From contig NC_069001.1 in assembly GCF_001194135.2 (NCBI RefSeq), forward strand, positions 30,318,310-30,382,309: 64,000 bases of DNA, written 5' to 3'. This DNA comes from Octopus bimaculoides (lineage: Eukaryota). The translations under genes were made by a program, and so were the position numbers. The first letter of the stretch is position 1. Each line of letters starts with the position of its first letter. The notes under the pieces were generated by a model. The model was given only the letters and a program-made list of their open reading frames with translations, did no database searches and was not told the origin of the DNA. Positions 25,437 through 38,827 of this stretch are shown here, piece by piece.

Positions 25437-26664
25437 GTTCTTAAAATATACTCACAGTCTAAATGCTTAAATTTATTCAAGTAAATAAATACACGCAAAC
25501 TAATAAATTTTAATTCAGTTAATATCTCCATACAGGCGTTCTACTGAAAATGTTACCTAATTGGAATGGACAGTATAAGTACTGCTTTTATATGTCCAAT
25601 ATAGAGACCACATGATTTTGTGATAGAAGTGTTTGAGTAATATTTTTTATAACTTTACGTAATGCCTGCCGTTTATAAAACATATATCAATGCACTTCCC
25701 GTAGCCTTCTCATTCTTTCTTAAGTCAGATAAGCAAACGCTATGTCATTGATTATGAATGTTTTGTTATTCTTATTATTAACATCATCATCGTGGTCGTC
25801 GTCGTCGTCGTTGTTGTTGTTGTTGTTATATTATTATTTATTAAATTTGATATTTAATTTAGATTACGTATATCAAGCGTAAATAAAAATATATTTTGCT
25901 TGAAAAATTATCTCGGTGTTTTATCATGATGAGTGTCCTAAAGCTATATTTGTGTGTATATTTTCCGTTCAGATTTGATTTAATGATTTAATGTTTGCTA
26001 CTGTCTTTTCCAATCTGTATAGATGTCTACTTTCTTTTCATATAAACTATAATAAAGACCGTTGGTTTGAATATAGGATTTTAAATCTTGTGATCTCCAA
26101 ATGAAATATGATGCAATAGGATCTAATGGTATTTTATTTGACGCCAGTTCGTATTATGAAGATTAATTTTCTGTGAAGGAACAATATATTATTTCCTAAA
26201 TTAGGATGCTATACAACTTTTAAAGAATTATGGCGTAAGTTGTACATCCCGAAGAAAATCTAATATTTCATTAGCTCCGATATGGCGTCAACAGCACAAC
26301 TACATATATCTATCTTCTTTAGTTCAATTCGGAGGATCAACATCTGAGGATTTATCTGTTCGCACAGTTCAACCTATTGTCTCATTATATTGGATATATC
26401 ATATACTTTTATGATGTTTACCAACAGAAAACATATACATTTTCAAACCGTTACGAGTTTGGTTTCTTTCAATTATTTAAGTAATTAAATAATGTAAAAT
26501 TATTGACAACAGACAATTGATTTTAAGAGATATAAAACTTAATAGATATGTTTTTGGAATCTTCCATTCAACGTTTCTCTCTATTTATCTCCCGTTGAAT
26601 ATATCCATATGGACGCTTTGCAGATCCATTCATTATAATTATCCTTATAAAAATATTGGGTTCG

Positions 26665-27165
26665 TATTTTGGCAGAAAGCCCAAACTTTTGGTGGGAAGG
26701 GGTCAAATCGATTACATCGACCCCAGTGCTGAACGTCTGCTTATTTTATCGACGTCAGAACGAAGGTCAACGTTGACGTCGGTGGATATTGAACTTAGAA
26801 CGTGAAGGTGGGACTAAATGCCTCTAAGCCTCGTGTCCAGTGTGCTAGCGTTTCTGACAATCTAGCCTGAACGACCTCGGTGGATATTGAACTCAGAACG
26901 TGAAGGGAGAATCAATGACACTAAACATCTTGTCTAGCGTATTAAGGATTCCGCCATTTAGCCGGAACTACCTCGGTGGATATTGAACATAGAACGTGAG
27001 TGGGGACTAAATGCCACTAAGCATTGATTTTGTCCAGCGTGCTAACGATTCCGCCAATCTAGCCAGAACGGCCTCGGTGGATATTGAACTCAGAACGTGA
27101 AGGGAGAATCAATGACACTAAACATCTTGTCCGGCTTGCTAACGATTCCGCCAATCTAGCCTCAC
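26665..27165 (-). repeat. Tandem array of about 98-bp SINE-head units (4 copies, alternating A/B types)
   Basis: GGTGGATATTGAAC at 26781, 26879, 26975 and 27076; each unit is the reverse complement of the family A tRNA-like head. Confidence 0.85.
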
Positions 27166-27179
27166 TGATCCTTATAAAA

Positions 27180-27400
27180 TTAACGGTTTCAAAATCTGGC
27201 ACGAGGCTAGCTCTTTCGGGGGAAGTGTCAAGTCAATTACATCGACACCAGTGCCCAAACAGTGCTTATGTTATCGACACCTCACGGATGAAAAGCAAAG
27301 TCGATCTTGTCGGAATTTGAATTCAGAATGTAAATACGTACGAAATGCTACTAAGCATTCAGACTGGCATGGTAACGATTCTGCCAGCTAGCCGCCTATA
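27180..27400 (-). mobile_element. tRNA-derived SINE, family A
   Basis: GGATGAAAAGCAAAGTCGATCTTGTCGGAATTTGAATTCAGAATG is the reverse complement of the core and B box. Confidence 0.8.
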
Positions 27401-28694
27401 TGAGAATATCAAAGTTTCGCAACACAGTCATAACATTGGTTATATGGACCTGTATATGTAATTGCACGTTTTAATAGGTACAAGTCACGTTACATATTTA
27501 CATGTATATTCTACGAAACACTTCGTATGCACACATACGTACTTAGCGATTGCGGAACAATTTGTTGACGTAACAAACGGTGCGAATTCATCCGTGAGGT
27601 GGATATGGTAGAGCAAAATACATACGTCCATCATAAATGTGGTAGCTGGACGATGGGATATAACAATGTGGAAGCACAGACCTTAACAGAAGCTTCACCG
27701 TCCGTAAATCGGCCGGTTGACCTTGCGGCCCTTATAAACTAATAAGCTACTACAAATAACAAAATTGTTTCGTTGACTGAAGAAGTTTTAACGGAGTCCT
27801 GTGGTGTCAACGTAGAGAGTAAAGGTTTATTCACAAGCACCGTAATGTTTCAGCAACAACTAACGCAACACTCTACCTTTGAAAGTGAAATACATTTCTC
27901 TTTAATCAAAACCGGCGACATTGAACGGCATCTGAGGAATACGCATCAGACAGAAAATGAGCGAAAGTGAAACTAGATTCGATAGACTGATTGCTTGACG
28001 CATCATCATTGATGTAGCTTACTACAAAAGAACTTTCAATAAAATTGATATTAAAATACATATTTCGGCCTCTGAAATCAGAATACTTATGGCAGTAATG
28101 CAAAGTTTTATTACAGTTAATAATACTGTTGAGATATTTACATTTCATCTCAGTAAAAAGAGAAATATATGAAAACAATTATCGAGACTACACAATTTTT
28201 AAAACGATAGCTTCTTATTTAATTGTGTATTACGTGGATGCTGCCACTACAATAAGTTTGTACTTCCTCGCATTTGTTTTTTCTTAACTTGAAGCCCATG
28301 AAATGGATGCTATGGTTACGACGTGATCTGCAGAATATCTAGATTTCTCGCCTTTTATGCGGACGTAAAGACTAGAAAGATGAAAATATTGATAATATGG
28401 TATGTGTACACAATGATAATCTCATTATTCCGGAACAGCAACGAATTTCGAGGTAGAATACGGGAAATAATTGAAGAATTATTTGGGAAACAAAGCTGCT
28501 ATATTTCAAGATGGGAAGATAGAACAGAATGTGCCATTATCCTAGGTTAAGCTTTTACAAATAAAGAACTATGGTTAATCTCTCCAAATATAACCAAGTC
28601 AAAATAATAATAATAATAATAATGATAATAATGAGCTGCTTCTCATTTCTGAGAGCTGGAAACTCATGGAAAGTGAATATTAATTTATTTCTGC

Positions 28695-28840
28695 TCTAGG
28701 CACAAGGCCTTGAAAATTTTGGGGGAAAGGGGTAAGTTGATTATATCGACCCCAGTGAGTAACTGGTTCTTATTTCATCGAACCCGATTGGATGAAAGGC
28801 AAAGTCGACCACGGTGGAATTTGAACTTTCTGCCAGCTGG
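28695..28840 (-). mobile_element. tRNA-derived SINE, family A, 3' half
   Basis: GGATGAAAGGCAAAGTCGACCACGGTGGAATTTGAACT. Confidence 0.8.
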
Positions 28841-30021
28841 AAACTTAATATTAATAATAATAAAAATCGGAATTGACATGGGAGGATTTGAAAATTGATA
28901 CTTGGGTGTTGAAGGTCTCCCACGGTAATTAATAACGAAGTATCGAAGCTTCTTATGTGCGGAAAGAGACTTCTGACAGCAGGCTGCTGTCTACTCTCAT
29001 AGATTCTACCGGAGCAAATAAAACCGACGGCTTTGACAATTAAAACAATAATAAGTAAAGTTGTCTTGTCTACTATTGCTGAAACCTTGCCGGTAGAGGG
29101 CTACCCGAATGCACCAACCGCGGTGTTTGATTGACATTCATCTTATCAACACCAACGTGATAAATTCAACGCCGATCAAGGCGGAATTTGAGACCGGAAC
29201 GTAAAGACTGTCGAAACACTACTAAGCATTTTGTCAGGTATGGTAAAATAATCTGATATTTCGCTGCAACTATAATAATTATTATTATTATCATTATTAT
29301 TATTATAATAATCAGATGATTGTGAAAACATTCAGGCATATTAATAATTTATAATAGAGAAACACAATCAAAACATTTCAATAATACTTTCCAAATTTAT
29401 TTCAAATGAAAAGTTTGACTAAAATCTGATTTTCTTCTTTTATTTTTTTTCTTAGCTTCTTAGTTTCAATAACAACAGTAAACATAGAAATAGCACCAGC
29501 AATGTTTCCAATTAACTTAAACAAATATAAAGGTGTAAAAGTTTGAGATTCTTAAAACCAACTTCCTTAAAATTAATACTCGGAACTTAAATCTAAATTA
29601 GTTACATCATTCCCCACTAGATGGCGTTGTTTCAAATTTTTTCTTGGATTTTTTTTTTCTATTAATCGAATGATTTTAGTAAATTAGTGTAATTGTCTGT
29701 ATTTAATTGAAATCTAGTACTTAATTAATGAATGTTGTTGATTAATTAAGGTAGATAATTAGTTCTATTCTATTAAGGACTGGACTTAAATAAAGCAGTA
29801 GACTTGAGATGTTTCGTATTTGCATTTGTAAACAAACACTCACATATATACATGTATATATAAGTATATATATATATGTAGACATTAAATATATATATAT
29901 ATATATGTATATATATAAATATACATACGTACACACATATATATATATATATATATATATCTACAGTAATATATATTAAGACGTGTGTACGAATATATAT
30001 GTATATCTATCTATCTGTATG

Positions 30022-30090
<69 letters not shown>

Positions 30091-30093
<3 letters not shown>

Positions 30094-30510
30094 GGGTGCG
30101 ATGAGTAAATTTTCGCCATTTTATATTTTCAATTACGTGTATGTGCATTGTTTGTTTTTCATTTGGTCGACTACACAATATAGTAGGGTCAGTTGGGTAC
30201 CGTCTTTAAGAAAGAGTATTATGACGCAATCACTCTACTAGAAATTTACAAACGACATGTTGTAATGCTTAGCATTCTCGCCGGAATGTCCAATACGAAT
30301 ATTTCAGAGTGTTTAGGTGTCAGTCGGAGGAGAGTGCAATCACATGACATGTACTGAGAGGTATAAAGATCAAACATCCAGTCAACCTCATGGTGTTTGG
30401 ATTGATCACTTGTGTTGGCGATGTTATGCCTCCATGCATCTTCAATACCGCCTCAGACCCAACTCGGGGGCCTACATCAAGTGTCCGGATGAGGTACTGC
30501 TGCCCTGAGA
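30091..30510 (+). pseudogene. Tc1/mariner (maT/rosa-like) transposon, left end plus deleted transposase
   Basis: Starts ACAGGGTGCG (TIR-like); MLSILAGMSNTNISECLGVSRRRVQ (HTH-like), then IKIKHPVNLMVFGLITCVGDVMPPCIF and LRPNSGAYIKCPDEVLLP. Confidence 0.75.
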
Positions 30511-33126
30511 AGGCGATAATCGTTAGCAGTCATAGTACAATGACAGGAAAACCATGAGAGACAATCTGTCCCATGAGTTCGCAGCGCAATCGTTCTGTTT
30601 CTGTGTCTCAGGAGAAAATAGCCACTGTGAAGCGCTTGCCTGTCAGTCTGGTAAGGTGTTCGCTGCGAGCTGATTTTGGTGAAATAACACATTTTCTTGT
30701 TCTCCATGACAGACACAGTGGATGTTATTTTTTCTTACGGGTTCGAATATACCCCAAGCATATTTGAACTGGTAATAACCATGTATTTATACACAACACT
30801 GCTTAGCGCTGCCACCTTGTGATTCAAGTATTGCTCTGTTTTATATATTTTCCCAACTTAATCTATCTTAAATATTTAAAAATTATCGCATATAAGTGGC
30901 TGTTAAGGTAGCAATGCTATTGTACTCCGTCATAATAAAATAGGTAGCTTGTTGGTAATTTTTTGATTAAATTATGCAAGTCCATTCTAGATAAGACAAT
31001 ATACAGTTCGATTCGTCTCGGAGAATATCTGTGATATATACACAAGCAATATCCACCATAGGCATGTTTTCTAGCTATTAAACATAGGAAACACAGGATG
31101 ATGAGAAGCTGCAACGTTTTATGGAAAGCTGATGATGATATTGCTAGTGGGACTGCTTTGCTTTATGCCTAATATTGTAAGAATGTTTGGGATAGGTTTT
31201 TGAGAATACTTCTAACAACAATTATCAGTTGAAGGCTCAGGAACAGCTAAGCCGGCTCTTCTGCACGCTCTGCTCACCCTATGGCAAACTGTGATGTTAT
31301 CAGTTAAATAAGGTGTAGTATTTATTATCTACATTTTATTACTGCAGATGTTACGAATGATTATCTCAGACAAAATTTTAAAATGTATAACATTTCTATT
31401 AAGGATGCTTACTTTCAGTGAGAATTATATCACATTTAGTTGTATATTCATTATAATCTGTAAAATCTATTAGGATTACATCAGGGATATTGGCGTCGAT
31501 GGACTCGCGGCCAAACTAAATTTCAAACGGACAAACTAAATTTCAAAGTTCGATTGGATTTAAATTTTAAACGAAAACTGCTGGAAAATTAGTTAAACTT
31601 TTATTTCTCAGACGCCGCTCTAATGGTTCTGCTTGCTTCGTTCTTTAATATTTAGATTAATAATTGTTTTCTTAAGGAGCTAAAGCCTACTGAGCATTAT
31701 ATCACGTTTGGTGAAACATATCTGTTATATTTTGTAGAAAATATTTTAGCATAAGCATCATATACACTCGCCTTCTAAAAGAATTTCAAGTTCTCATAAG
31801 GCATTCTAAGGTTAAAAAAAGTTTATAAACGAAATACCTGAGACATAGAACATAAATTAAATTGCTACTATTTAAAATGAATTAAAACGGCAACATTCTA
31901 TTATTAAAAGTCTGACGAGATAATAAGGTGATGAGTGTAATAAATAGAATACGTTCGAATATAAACGTAATTGATTGATAAGATTAATGAGCCGTAACGA
32001 AATTTCCCTTGTATATAATGCAGCTGCAATGTTCCCCACAGGCCAATGTATTATGAATTATATATTTTGATGCATAAATATTCTGAGCGAGAGAGAATAG
32101 ACATTTGATTGTAAATGCAATGAAGCTTAATTAGACCAATCTAAGTAATTATACAAATTCAGCTATTGTAGTACCCATATTTATTGTCTAGCAGTTTTTA
32201 ACACCAACTTTCAACTTCATCAAGTGTAGAAAGAAATATTTTCTTATTTAGAAGTTGTTATCATCACTTCCAGCAAATACAACACTTCTGCTGGGTGTCG
32301 ATTGTATGTATACATGTATATAGCATTTAAAAACAAATTAAAAACAAATTGGTAACTTCGTTGTATTAACATTTACTAGTGATGGTATCTCCATCCAAAG
32401 AAGCTTATTAAAGCTTCATGACTGAAGGCTAACTTCAAACAGAGTGGTTGGTCGGAAGAGTTCCTGTAGTACCGGATGATACGGTGTTAATTACTTAATG
32501 GGTTGTAGCTTCCGATTGTTGGTGTTTTGCACGGTTAAGCGCCCGCCGGTCTGATGTTTCAAGGTCCGGCGTCTGAATCCGGTTCACATTCTATTGAAGC
32601 AGCCAGATGAAATTTCCCTTTCTGAAGGCATTCGTTAATTAATGCTTGTCGTCTTTAAAATGTCTATCTTCGATAGGATTTACAATAGGTCCGCTGTATT
32701 AATGTTAGAAATTGTTTTCCTTTCGATATATTTATCAGTATATTCTAAAGGCTACCGCAGCAATATAAGATAATCTTGTGACACTTCGTTAGCTGCCATA
32801 CCTACCAAATTAAACACCAGCGTTCTATTCACCATATGGGATAATATAAATTCAAAATCTATGAATGAATGGGTGGCATATCTTAAACTAAATAGTTGAC
32901 ATATGTTTTATGACGGAACATTCTCAATTCCGTTTAGGCACCTGATTATAGAGATGGTATGGATTTGGTATGTATATTCGCCTATACTGTACCTATTACT
33001 GAGGAACTAATAATTATATCTACGGTAGCGAAAACACCTAAAGAATTAATCACCCATTGTTGAACATAGGAACATATAGCTTTCGCAGAAAGCTTCCTTA
33101 TCCAAAGTTAATCATTGCGTATGAAG

Positions 33127-33343
33127 TATTGGGTTGTCCGGAAAGTTCGTGCCGATCTATAGTAACTTACCTTTCGACTTATTTGCCATGAAACCACCTC
33201 AATTCTAGGAAGTGGGTATTTTCAAGTTAAAGGAAAGATGGAGACGCATTGTGCAACAAGGTGATTAAAAATTTAATGGCAAGTATTTATTGACCTTTTT
33301 CTTTCCTTTTAAAATCGGCACGAACTTTCCGGACAATCCAATA
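33127..33343. mobile_element. Mariner-derived MITE with 30-bp TIRs
   Basis: TATTGGGTTGTCCGGAAAGTTCGTGCCGAT (33127-33156) and ATCGGCACGAACTTTCCGGACAATCCAATA (33314-33343), 1 mismatch, TA termini; interior encodes KPPQF*EVGIFKLKERWRRIVQQ (transposase C-terminus). Confidence 0.9.
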
Positions 33344-33541
33344 TAATAACGTTACATCTCATAAAAATTAATAATGCCGAAACTAATGTATGTTGGTTTC
33401 AAATTTTGGCACAAAGATAGCGGATCTGGAGTAGGGACTTAGTCGATTTAATTGATCCCAGTGTTCAAATGGTACTTGTTTTATCGACTAATACTTAATT
33501 CATGAAAGGATTGAAGGCAAAGTCGAAAGCTTGTTAACTAT

Positions 33542-33782
33542 CACTATGAGATGAACACGATCAGTGTTTTCCTCGGTGGTAGCAGTTGCAGGATGTCAGA
33601 TGTTGGTTGTATACAAGATTCTCTGTTTCCCTCCTAAATTCAGCTCCCTACACTTGCATTGTGCACAGAGCTGGAGCATCTTTCCCTGATGTAGCAACTA
33701 TATCAGCATAAACATCTTTGGGTGTTAAACCCATTTTCTGCGGATAGATGTTGTTAACAACGCGATGCCAAAATTTATTCAT
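33542..33782 (-). pseudogene. Mariner transposase N-terminal (HTH) remnant
   Basis: MNKFWHRVV...MGLTPKDVYADIVATSGKDAPALCTMQV*GAEFRR, then PATATTEENTDRVH after a frameshift. Confidence 0.8.
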
Positions 33783-35147
33783 TTTCAAGAGGCGTCACCA
33801 CTACTCCCTTTTGAAGTCTTCTTCGAACAATGAGATGTCGGTTTACATGAAAAAAACAAAACAAAAACAATGAAGTTGTTAAAAAGCAGAGTTGAAAATA
33901 ATGCACCCTAGATTTCACATCATTCTTTCATATCCAGCCTATGAATATTTCAGTTCATTCTTGTCTGATTATTGGAATGAGAAACAGTCAGCCGACATCT
34001 TAAGAGATGCAAAGATAACATCACCTCACGAGCAGATCCTGATATAGTTTCCCTCACTGCTCTGGTCAAGAATCGAAAACTGTTGAGGCAACTATCTCAT
34101 ATAACTGCGCATTCCTCCGTAGGCGGAAACAGCGGGAAATTATGTAGTTGATTATAATTTCCAAATGCATAATTAATGAAAATAAAACTTCTGTCATTAA
34201 AATTAACCATTGACATGTGTAACAAGATAAAGGTCCCCGAGTTCATGTTGCAAATATGAATTAAATAACAAATATGCCATTTTGAAGGGAAATTGTGGTG
34301 GGTGTCTCATGAATAAGCAGCTGATATGCTCTTCTGGCCAAAAGAAAAACAAAACAACCTACTGATAATTAAGGCATATTTGCGCCGAGAGAGATTAATA
34401 ACTACTATATTTGTATCTAAAAGTCAAGTTACTAATTTTACTCCTAAGTGAAAAACGGTTGTTGTGATAATGGAGTGCAACTATGGACTGGTTGCATAAA
34501 TGCGTTTACATTAGTTAGAATATTTATAACATTACTGAAGATCAATGCACAGAGGACACTCATTTTGGTGCAATTTCTGCTGAATCGATTATTCAATATG
34601 CACCTTAGAGGAAGATATCGATTTCAGAAAGATTTTCGAAATTTGTGAAGTTATTGCTGACACATACCATATGTCAGAAAGAGTTGTGTTTGCCTTCGCT
34701 TCGGCTTTTACGTTCACATTAGTAGATTTGTTCGTAGTTATGGACATTAGTTTAAAGATATTTTGTCCTTCAATGAGATTCTGTCTTGTATAGATTCTCT
34801 AACAAAACGTATGATATCTTTGAAATTTCTTTATTTTCCTAACATACATACAGCTTTGTATTTAATAAGCATTAATTACCTATTCTGTTGTTCACGTCGG
34901 GATAGATTTTTGATTATATGGAACAAAATAATTTGCAAATTACAAATATGTGTTCAAGTAATATCTCTATAGTAAATTTCTATTTCCTTAGAAGTGTTAA
35001 TTATTAATTCCGTCAAAGATTTTTCGATCGATGTTGTTGAAAGTTGTTGACTCGTCGTTATATAACGCTGTGTGGAAAGGAGCCCCATCTTACGTGAATA
35101 AAAACTCATTTTTCGTTATGTTATCGTGTGAATAACTCGGAAGAAGT

Positions 35148-35830
35148 CCTTGTCTAGGTATTTTGGTGTATTTCTCAGAGTTTATGGTTCCAACACATTC
35201 GATCAGCTCAGAACGATAATTGCTGGTGACAGCTCCCTATACCGTTACAGAGATACTGCCATGTTTCACAGTTGGTTGGAGTCGTTTCAAATCAAATTCT
35301 TGATTGGAAAGCCTCCAGACCCAAAGACGTCCACTGTCTGAAAATAATGCAAATCTGGATTCATCTGAGAAAATCACTCTATCATAAAGTGAACTGAATT
35401 TTTCTGATATTTCCTTAGCCCATTTCTTTCTTTCGTGATATTAATTCGTTGGAGAGGTTTACTTTTAGCTAACAGTCCATAATAACCAAGCTTATGTAGA
35501 TATGTAACACACGTTCTTGGACTAACTTGTAGCTGTTTTGCAATGTCAGAAGCTTTCGAACGGTGTTCGTTTTCCACAATTCTCTTCAAACAGTGAAGCT
35601 TCCTTTCTGAGGGCCCAGGTTGGCCGGGACGAGAATCTGTTGATTCTTTGCCTTGGCTTTTGAATTACGCTGTAATTCTATTACAAGCAGCAAGAGGAAT
35701 TTGAAGATTTTTGATATTTTTTCCCTGTCTAAGACCAGCCTGAGATTGCCCAACAATACGACCTCTTTGAAAATTGGAGAGTTCTGCTGAATTGTTTTTT
35801 GTGTGGTATAGTTAGTCTTCGCAAATGTTT
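35148..35830 (-). pseudogene. Tc1-family transposase pseudogene
   Basis: ELSNFQRGRIVG...LKRIVENEHRSKASDIAKQLQVSPRTCVTYLHKLGYYG...KP, then DESRFALFSDSGRLWVWR...LQPTVKHGSISVTV*GA; paired-like HTHs and first DDE Asp, with frameshifts and stops. Confidence 0.85.
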
Positions 35831-37084
35831 AATATAATGGCCCCTGGAATGAAAAAGAATAATTACATTGTAAATTCTACACCGCTGAAAATATTAATAC
35901 GCTTAGATCACAAATTTTGAAAATTAAAGGTGTCCATTTACTTCCTGCACGTCGATATACATACATATATATGTAGGGAGGATGTATACAGTGATAGACA
36001 TATATAGACACAAAGAGAGAGAGAGAGAGAAATAATGCTATGTATTTATGTATGTGGGTTTGTATGTATGTATGTACGTATGAGTACAGGTGTTATTGTT
36101 AGCTTCAGGTAAACTGTTATTCTTTATTTTTGACGGAATAATATTTTCATTACAAAATGAATAAGTTGCAGCAAGTAAGTCGGACTTAAATATTTGTCGG
36201 GCAGTTTAGTAGAAGAACGTTATTATTATTAAGGAATGAATGATATTTTAACCTAAAATTGAGAATCAATATATGTACATTTAATTCACTCAAACAATCC
36301 GACATTGGTATTACTTCAATCATTATGCTCACGTCGACCTTCCATTGTGTACTTAACAGCAGCTGCGTTCAATCTTCTGTGTTGATTCGTCACGATCAGT
36401 GTTTTGCCTATTAAAGCATAGTAGTTTAACTTCCATATATTATTCATAAATTTTCAATTAACGTGGAGGGATTTTTTCTGTAAATTAATGCAATTTATTT
36501 GAGACGAGATATTGTAGCAATAAAATTCTGTAGTAATATTTAAGAAATTAATCATAATTTTTTTTTTCATGTAATATGATGTCATTCGTCATGACGTTTG
36601 ATCTTCACAAGTGTTTTGGTCATTCATTCTCATATTTTGCTGCAAATACATTATATTATGTTCCTGTTAGTGCCATATTGTCTAGAAATATGGGATTTAA
36701 TGACCGCAAGCTATGACTCAAAAGTGTATAAGCTCAATGTGTATTTTAAACTCATATATTTTACACTCATATGAATTTGACACCTATCACGTCTACACCG
36801 TCTATTCGTATTAACACTGACGTAAACAACACATACAGCAAAAGAGAAAACAATTCGTTAACGTAGCAGACGTACATATAAAAATATGTAGCAGACGTCC
36901 ATATAAAAAATGGGGGAAAATAATAGGAATGACGTACAGTTCCATAGCATCCACAATACAAATAATAAACAAGGAAATATTGTGTCATCCCATAAATAAG
37001 ATGTGTTTTATTTATACGGTTTCTATTTTTCAAAATTAAGACGAACAATGTCCTTTATTTTATTAAAATACACTCTCCTTTGTT

Positions 37085-37245
37085 TTCTGAAATGCTCTCC
37101 CATCTGTCTGGTAGACTTGCTACGCTCCTCTTCCAAAGTTCACTTGCCCATGACGGAAAATACTCCTTCATTACTGTTCTGACGTCGTCTAGAGAGTGCA
37201 TGCTTTTTTACGAGGAATAAGTGATATTCAGATGGGACAATGTGT
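37085..37245 (-). pseudogene. Mariner transposase C-terminal remnant
   Basis: IVPSEYHLFL (SPDLAPSDYHLF-like), then SLDDVRTVMKEYF...LWKRSVASLPDRWESISEN. Confidence 0.75.
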
Positions 37246-37411
37246 TTGATTTCTTCATTGATATCAAAGAAGATTTCATTCGTCCAAACTTGCGCTAACT
37301 TTACAAAGATTTACTGTTCTCGTTTATCTCACAATTTTAAATGAAGTAAATAACATAATTTCTAACAATTTGTTGTTAAGTTGTTCTTCTTCAATATTAA
37401 ATCATTTCACC

Positions 37412-37612
37412 GGCAGAATCGTTACCATGCCGGACGAAATACTTCGCGGAAATTCTTCCGGCTCACTTTTAGAGTTCAAGTTCCACCGATTTCGACTTTA
37501 CCTTTCATCTCTTCTGTGACAATGAAATATGCACCAGTTGAGCACTGCTGTCGATAAAAAGTATTTCCACCCCACCCCCGACAAACGTCAGGCTTTGTGC
37601 CTTTCTGAGAAA
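37412..37612 (+). mobile_element. tRNA-derived SINE, family A, degenerate
   Basis: GGCAGAATCGTTACCATGCCGGACGAAATAC...GAGTTCAAGTTCCACCG...TTTACCTTTCATC. Confidence 0.7.
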
Positions 37613-38575
37613 AGAATTATTTCTTCTTCAGCATTACATTTATACATTTTCTAACATTCGGGGCGTTATATTTAACGAACATTGTGATCACCAACATCAT
37701 TGATTCACTTATACACGTATGAATTTAGGAGCAAATCAGCCGATATCAACGTCATTCCCTGCACTATTTTCCAAAACAATTTAACTTATCACCGTTCTAA
37801 ATAAAGGCTTTCAACGAATTACTCCAACCCCTAAATTTTATAACCAATTTCTCCTCAAACACATCACACTATATTTTAAAGATGTCGGGACACCTTTAAT
37901 GTCGTCTGAAATGCATGGTATTGAAACCGAATTCGTTAATAGCTGTGACGAGTTTGATTTGACTTTGAATCATTCTTTACAAGCGTTATCTGAATAAGAC
38001 TATTAAAAAATGGTGTATAATTTCCTTTCGTGAATGAATGTTATGCATAACATTCTGTCCTCCATTTTTCTTGGAATCTTTCTAGAATTTAAAGTACATT
38101 GGTCTAAAGCATTCCGAGAAAATAGTTATCATAATTAAAATCAATTTCAATGAAATTGCGATGTTCTAATTGCAACTAGATTGATATAATTATATTATTA
38201 AATATAAATACAATTACATCTGACTATTAAAAATGTTCCTTAATTAAAATTAACAGTATAATATAATTTATTCTAAAGAAGAGTATATAAAAGACAGATT
38301 TTATTAGAGACAAAAATGAAAAATACATACGCGGTGTTCGTTACACATGCACCACACACACAAATACACACACACACACACACAACACACAAGCACTTGC
38401 GCAAATTTATACTCATCGATATGTGCGTAAATGTATACGTGTATATATATATATATATATACAATATTATAAATTATAAGGAGGCTTTCACAATTTAAAC
38501 CAAAAGTACGTACTAATATATATGGATATAAATGTATTTATGTATATGTATCCAGTGAGGGAGAGAATGAGCAAT

Positions 38576-38636
<61 letters not shown>

Positions 38637-38685
38637 CTTTATTCCACTCTTCGTTCTTTCGTTCCCCCTCTTTCACATTTCCTTG

Positions 38686-38827
38686 AATGGACGAATTGGC
38701 CTTTCCTCATTACATAGGACTTGTATGGAATGCCACGATGTACCCCAGTTCTGATAGTCCACTCTGACACCCGATGCTCTTTGGCAATGGACCTCATTGA
38801 TCTTCTGGGATTTTCATCGATAATTCC
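38686..38827 (-). pseudogene. Tc1/mariner (maT-like) transposase fragment
   Basis: GIIDENPRRSMRSIAKEHRVSEWTIRTGVHRGIPYKSYVMRKGQF, second HTH region. Confidence 0.75.

Noticed and set aside
26776-27165. CRISPR-like array (constant ~28-bp motif with variable intervals)
   Set aside because: The intervals are homologous to each other and to the family A SINE head; the context is eukaryotic and there are no cas genes.
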